A stretch of DNA of 64,000 nt from Octopus vulgaris (lineage: Eukaryota). The notes below the pieces were generated by a model. That model was not told the origin of the DNA and ran no database searches. It was given only the letters and a program-made list of their open reading frames with translations. Each line of letters opens with the position of its first letter. Within the stretch, counting starts at the first letter, position 1. A program made the translations under genes and the position numbers. The stretch spans positions 21,080,001 through 21,144,000 of the forward strand of contig OX597842.1 of the NCBI GenBank assembly GCA_951406725.2, in the 5' to 3' direction. This document shows positions 57,485-64,000 of the stretch, piece after piece.

Positions 57485-59559
57485 GTGAGTATAAAATAAG
57501 TCCGTAAGTGATTTCAAATTAGTTTTACTTCACTTGAGCATATTTTGTTTGTCAGAAGGACTGAGAACAGGTTCCATTCTTAATTTTCAATTGAAAAATT
57601 ATCTGTTTAATAATTCTTTTGAAGAAATTACTGAAATTTAAGAGAATGCCCACCAAGGTTAGAACAGACAAAAGTTAATGATGTCTTTTGGAATAGAGAA
57701 CTAAAATATGTTATTTGGTTGGGGGTGAACAAGTGCTTTAACGACAAGGCCTTCATTTTACATTTATACTGTGTTTACTAATAAGTTGTTGTTGTTTTAG
57801 CAGGAGTCTCTCATAATCTGACAGACTTACAATGAAATGCATTCCAAGTGTCAACATCCTGTCTTTTTGTCACTGATAGGAAATCTATCATTACATCCAT
57901 TAAACGCATTGTCTTTATCGAAGTAGAAAACACTGGCTTGCTACTGAGATAGCCATTGCTTCTTTGTTGTTTTTCTCTCTCTCTCGCATTCTCTTTTTGA
58001 TAGATACTAGCTGCAAGATGCAATAAATGACATTGTCCTCATCATTTATCATCTGATTTCCATGTTCCTGTGGAATGGATGGTGAGGGGGGGGGTCACGG
58101 TCCAAGTCAGTTCTTATTAGCAGTTACTGTCCACCTTCGTTGGTTGAGGATCATGTCCCACTAGAACATTCCAGCTTTCCTATGATGGTCTGCCCTTCCT
58201 AACACCATCCACTTTATAAAGGATCCTGGGTGCATTTTATTGTGGCACAAATACAAGAAAGATTGTTATGTATTCAACAAAATTAAACGTTCCTCTCTAA
58301 CTTATGCAAAGAAATATCAGACATGTTGAAAGAAGAAAGGAAAGTAAATGAATTAGAGAGCAGCTCGTTAAGAAACCTTATGAGGTTACCCGGAAGCTGT
58401 TTGCAGATGCTAAGAGTGGCAGGATAAAATGTAATAAATGAAATCCAACTTAGGTATGGTTAGTGGTCAGTAGGGATAGCTAGAAAAGCTTTTTTAGCTA
58501 TTCCTACTGACCACAATATATATATATTTAACCTGCCAAGGTGATGAGCAAGTACCAGTTGTGTACTGGGATTGATGTAATCAATTAGTCCCCTCCTCTG
58601 TAATTGCTGGCCTTGTACCAAAATTTGAAACCAATATTATCCATTCCTGTTCAACTGTTTTCAATTCGCACACTACTACATGAAACCACAACATGCCATT
58701 ACGGGTTTATTTCTGCTAGTTATAGGCCTGAATGTCCATGTTAGCTAACTGCAGGTTACTCTCATTGTCAGATGATTAACCTTGGTCATTACATTGTATC
58801 GTTTAAAAAGAAACAATGTTTTAGTAGTTGAATTAAGCTTTTATTATTATTATTATTAATTATTATTATTAACATTCATTCTCTGAGTTCAGTACCTTCT
58901 TGGGTTGACTTTTCATTTCATTCCTCATGGGTCAGTAAAACAATTACAAGTTACATAACATGTCAAACTAATTGACTTCATACTCTCTCCTACAGATCTA
59001 TCCACTTGTATTAATCGAAGAATTCATAATTAGCATTCATTTTTCAAAACCCTCGTTACCACACTATATTGCTGTCCAACTGAATCATCTCTTCCAATCA
59101 TATCAAGTAAAACCTTTCGCTTTTCTGTATATTTTGGTGAGACTTCAGTTGGCTTTTTAGTGAGACTGATTGTTTGGTGTTTTAGAACGTGACCTTTAAA
59201 CCAAGTATTGAGAAGACGACCCATCAAGCCAAGTAAAATTGCAGTCGTGGCAGATACTGGTGCCGTGCTGGTGGCATGTAAAAGCACCCATTGCACTCTG
59301 GGAATGGTTGGCATTAAGAAGGGCATCCAGCCGTAGAAACCATGCCAAATCAGACTGGAGTCTGGTGCAGCCTTCCAACTTGTCAGCCTCAGTCAAACTG
59401 TCCAATCCATGCCAGCATGGACAATGGACGTGAAGTGATGATGATGAACTGGAGGGGCACATACAGGAGATCTACACTGATCCTAAGTGAGATAATTCAT
59501 TCCCACTCATGGACAGTTTGAAATGCCCCCAAAAAACCATGAATCAAATCTCAACTTGG

Positions 59560-60620
59560 TGGTTTCTAGCAGAAACAATTATATAGCTGAGTGAAGAAGG
59601 CAAAAGCAAAGAGTGACCCAGGAGGTGATGGTGTATCATAGAAAGTATTGTACACAATTATGTTATAAGCTGTACTTAAAGAGTTGTGGCATAAAGGTGA
59701 AATGGTTGATGAGTAGTACAAAGCAGAAAAAAATTACTTACCAAAGAAAGCTGAAACAGAACTGATTGAGCAGTTCAGACCCTTTTCAATCTTGAATGTA
59801 GATGGCAAGATTTATATGGGTCCAGTTGCCAAGAGATCAGCTACACATCTCCAAAATAATGACTATGAGACCGAGAGTGTCCAGGATGCTGGAATTTCCA
59901 GAATCACTGGATGGGTAGAACATGATTTTTCAATCTGCAATGCAATACAAGACACAAAGAAGAATAAAAGGGATTTGAACGTTGTATGACCTGATCTGGT
60001 TGATGCTTATGGTTCTGTACCACACAAATTAGTGATGGAACCAATGAACTTCTTTTATATATGAGAGAAGATTAGAGATCTGGCTAGAAGCTGCTGTAAT
60101 AATTTCAAAATGTGGTTCCTGACAGAAAATTTCACAACAGATATTGTTTTGAAACTGTAATTGCTGTAGGTTGCACAATATCAGTCATTTGGTTTGTGCT
60201 TGTTATGGAGATGTTACTTAGATCAGCAGATTGATCAGAAGAAATGGCTCGAGTGAAATCACCCAAGAAGGAATTTAAAAGATGATATAACAATACTAAC
60301 AAGAGACCAAAAGGGTATGCAAATAGTTCTGGATGGACTGGATTAACTAATTCTTTGATCAAGAATGGGGTTTAAACCAAATAATTAATGCAGTCATGTG
60401 TCAAAAGGTTAGCTGAAGCAAGTGAAGTTCAAAACAGCATACAAAACCATGTCAAGGGTTAAAGAGAAACCTCTAAAATCTATTGGACGATGGTATGCTA
60501 CCTCATTGTCCAGTGAGAGTAGAGGCATAGAGGTCATGGCACAAACTGAAGGCAATAGCTAAGACAACATTTCCTGGCAAATAAAAGATTTGATGCTTCC
60601 AGTTTGATCTATATCCCTGC
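59560..60620 (+). pseudogene. Decayed R2/Hero-like reverse transcriptase
   Basis: PGGDGVSY, QFRPFSILNVDGKI and DLVDAYGSVPH motifs, with many stops. Confidence 0.7.
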
Positions 60621-61155
60621 CTTGCTTATAAAATCCTTGAGTATCAGTTTTTATGCAACATTTCAGATTTTTTTACTGCTATAATGTATGGATGAACAAT
60701 TAAATATAGTTAATAAGATTTTGTGAAAGCATAAAGTGTTTGGATACCTGATATGTCTTTGTTCCTCCTCTGCCCACCTGGAAAGAAATCTGCTTCATTA
60801 AGAAGTCTTCTAACATCTCAAATACATGTGGCACATATATAAGAAAAAAAAATGAAAACTAAAAGAAAAACAGTGTTATCAAGTGATAATTAAATGAGAT
60901 AATTGTAACATTGTTAGATTATTTAAGATGTCTTAATAGAGAAAGGAAATTGAGGAAGGTTAGTCTATTTTGTTGTAGACCTAAGTATTGGGCTATTTAC
61001 CTGGTCCCACTGGAGAAAGCATAAAAATGTTGACCAAAAACAGAGTGGTCACCCGATGACCAGCGATGATGACAGGTATGTCCCACTATAATAAAATATA
61101 GATTATTAATAAAGAATTTTTACTCAAGTATAACAGTTGCAAATATTTATTTCAG

Positions 61156-61227
61156 AAACTCCAAAGTTAGAGGAGAAGTGTCTCCAAGATGTTGCAAAAC
61201 TGTTAGGAGTCGACTGGCAGCAAGTTG
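61156..61227 (+). CDS. Ankyrin-RING-Death gene, first Death-domain exon
   Basis: ETPKLEEKCLQDVAKLLGVDWQQVG fits the death-fold helix 1-2 pattern LxxVAxxLGxDW. tttcag|...|gtgagt, phase 1-1. Confidence 0.78.
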
Positions 61228-62533
61228 GTGAGTATAAAATAACAGTACTTAATTGATTTCAATAAGTGTCAGCTTTTGTTTGTCAGCATGACTAAGAGAA
61301 GATCCCATTCCTACTTTCCAATTGAAAGGCTAGCTGTAAAGTGATTCTATTAAAGGTGTTGGTATTACTGAAACATCATAAAATAGCCACCGAGATTAGC
61401 GGGGTCAGTAAAATGGCTAAATTAGAGGACACAATTGATTTAATATTGTCTTTTGAGAGAGCAAATTAAGATATGTCATTTAAGGGTAAACTGGTGAGTT
61501 AAGGATATTTTTTTTTTGTTTGTTTTACATTTTTACTAAGTTTACATTTTGTTGTTTTTTCTTTGCAAAATGCTTGTTTTAATCAGAAATACGATGGAAA
61601 GTGTTTCAGGTGGGACATCTCTGTCTTTCAGTTGGTAGTACAGGACTACATCATTAAGTGCATCCTTTTTTACATGCTCCTGTGTATAGTGAGTGACATG
61701 TTGCAGTCACTCCAGTGTCCATTTAGTTGTGAACCACTCTTCACTGACATGTAATGCTTGATTGTACGTAGGTGGATGGTGTTTATGTTGGTGATTCCTC
61801 TCTTCTTTCCTGCAAGTTAAAACTCTCCTCTTTGCTTGGTTTAACTTAACACCTCTCTATTACACTGAGTAACAACGATTTTTGTCCATGGATAACAATT
61901 GTTATTTCCTAGAAAATACGAGAATGGCTAGTATCTCCTTCAAACTTTGCTTTCGTCACAATATATACCTTGTAGACCTCACACATTTCAGCTGATGTTG
62001 TTTCACAGTGATTTTACGCTGTTGTCTTGATAAATTCACCACAGACACAGCAGAATGTATCTGCCAGATGCTTACAACCTCTTGATGCCATCTGTGATGA
62101 ATGCAGTTCTTGGATAGTTAGAAATAAACTGAACTGGTGATCTTATGATCCCTTTTTTTACACTGGTATCTATGTTGCCAGAACGTTCTAGAAATTCTTG
62201 GAAATTTTAGTAACTTCTTGATTATAGTTCTAGAAATTTCTAGAAAATTCTGCTTCAGTGACTCAGCACTGAATCTGTCTGGAAATAGGTTTCAAAACAT
62301 TGATGTCCAGGTGACAAAAGCAACATTTGAAGGGAACAGATGTCCTTTCCTTTGATTTCTTGATGGAAATAAATAGGAAATAACACTTAACTTATCAAAG
62401 ACAACAAAAAATTAAAAGTTTGTTAAGCAGTGTTATTGATTTCTCTCTAAATCATGTTCTTGAACCATTCAAAGAGATCCTTATTATGAGTCATGAACCC
62501 ATGTTGGCTACCAAAATGTGTTATACTTTTGTA

Positions 62534-63777
62534 TTGGGTCATCCCATAAGTAATGCAGTGTTTTCAATTGTATGAACTAAAAGTCGGAGGGGGATGGGAT
62601 AAACTACCTGCATCAACTTGCTATAAAAGCAGTACCTTGTACTTATTCTTAGTGTGAGTTTTGAAGAGTGCAGTTAAATTTTAACAGTTATTTTTTCAAA
62701 GCTATAATGGAAGTGACAAAGGAGCATATTCGACATATTTTGCTTTACGAGTTCAGTAAAAGCAACAATGCAACAGAAAGTGCGAGGAATATTAATGCAG
62801 TATATGGGAATTGGACAATAAGTGTAAGCCAGTGTCAATGGTGGCTCCAGAAGTTCCGAGCTGGAAACTACAGCCAAGAAGATCAACTTTGTTCTGGAAG
62901 ATATGTAGAGCTTGACGAGGACATCCTGCAAACCCTGGTGGAACAAAATCCCATTGTAACTAGCAGAGAAGCTTGGATTTGGTCATTCAACCATTCATCG
63001 ATACTTGCATGGTATTGGAAAAATCAGCAAATTGGGTCAATGGATTGCGCACAGAGTAAATGTGTGCTCTTCTCTGCTGTCATGTCTCATGAATGAACCT
63101 CTTTTGAACTGAATAGTGACTGGTGATGAGAAAAGGGTTCTCTATAAATATGTTATTCACCAAAGACAGTGGGTAGGGAAAGGAGAAATACTGGCACTCC
63201 AGAATAAAAAAGGTCTCTACCCATGTAAGGTGCTGTTATCTGTTTGGTGGGATATGAAAGGTTTGGTCCACTTTGAACTTTTAAACCCTAACCAAATGAT
63301 AACAAAGGAGATCTACTGCGAGCAGCTTGAGTGGCTTAAGTCAGTGCTAGAAGAAAAATGACCATCTTTGGTTCCAAGATGACAGGTGTTCTTCGATCAG
63401 GATAATGCTTGGCCACATACAGCAAGGATGATATTCCAAAGGCTGGAGCAGTTTGAATGAGAAACAATTCCCCACCCACCATATTCACCAGTCATTGCCT
63501 CATCCGATTATCCTTTATTCTGCAGTCTTCAAAATCATTTGGACAGAAAAAAATATGAATTCTGTAGATGCAGGCAGAACAGTAGTGGAGGAATATTTTT
63601 CATCACGGACAAGTCAGTTTTGGAAGAGGGGCCTTGCAAGTGCGCCAGATAGATGGAAGAGCATTGTAAAAAATGAAGGAGAGTATATTTTAGGTTAAAA
63701 AAGAACTCTGATTATCTTAATTTTGAAGAATAAAAGATGTATAAAACAAATGCATTATTATTTATAGGATGACCCAA
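62534..63777 (+). mobile_element. Decayed full-length mariner transposon
   Basis: TIRs ttgggtcatcccataa / ttataggatgacccaa with TA on the left. Transposase spans 62707-63698 (HIRHILLYEF, TGDEK, LSVWWD, DNA.PH) with frameshifts and stops. Confidence 0.9.
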
Positions 63778-64000
63778 TGCTTTGTGTAGTTGAGATCATT
63801 CTGGTATCTTGTCTCTTTGTATTTGAATTGGCCCAGATATGCCTAGTAGTACTGGTATTGTCTGATAGTTCAAACCATATCTTCTAGATATTTCTAACTC
63901 TTGATATGCTTTAGTTATCAATTATTCAGAAGAGGAGAAACATCACAGACAACTATTTCAGGCATTGACCATGGAATGTTATCAGATGGCCAAAATGGGA

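Noticed and set aside
47853-61227. Calling the gene MIB1/MIB2
   Set aside because: ANK+RING resembles Mind bomb, but no MIB-HERC2/ZZ exons are visible and a Death-like exon follows, so orthology is unsupported.
63930-64000. Possible next Death-domain exon (also candidates at 57801 and 61588)
   Set aside because: The acceptors are weak, no recognisable death-fold continuation follows, and the window ends before a donor.

Overview
Eukaryotic, AT-rich, repeat-dense genomic DNA. The SINE/LINE content and the effector-less CDICGK-type C2H2 arrays point to an octopus/coleoid cephalopod genome (inference). Region 1-39.9 kb is a head-to-tail cluster of four + strand C2H2 zinc-finger genes (17, 9, 16 and 9+3 finger repeats) plus an orphan fifth 5' stub, built from segmental duplications whose junctions coincide with GGATC-ended MITEs. 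In the first gene a broken terminal finger has expanded into about 46 copies of a 76-bp minisatellite. Region 40-47 kb holds a 1.6-kb foldback element and a near-complete Tx1/L1-clade LINE. Region 47.8-61.2 kb holds a spliced ankyrin-RING(C3HC4)-Death-domain gene that the ORF track does not show whole. Its linker is encoded by five tandem 51-nt symmetric microexons that appear to be shortened copies of the Death-domain exon, and its 5' exons are not visible in the window. Also present: RTE, Hero-like and Gypsy fragments, a solo LTR, a decayed mariner, SINE-derived hairpins and two Penelope-type hammerhead-like motifs.
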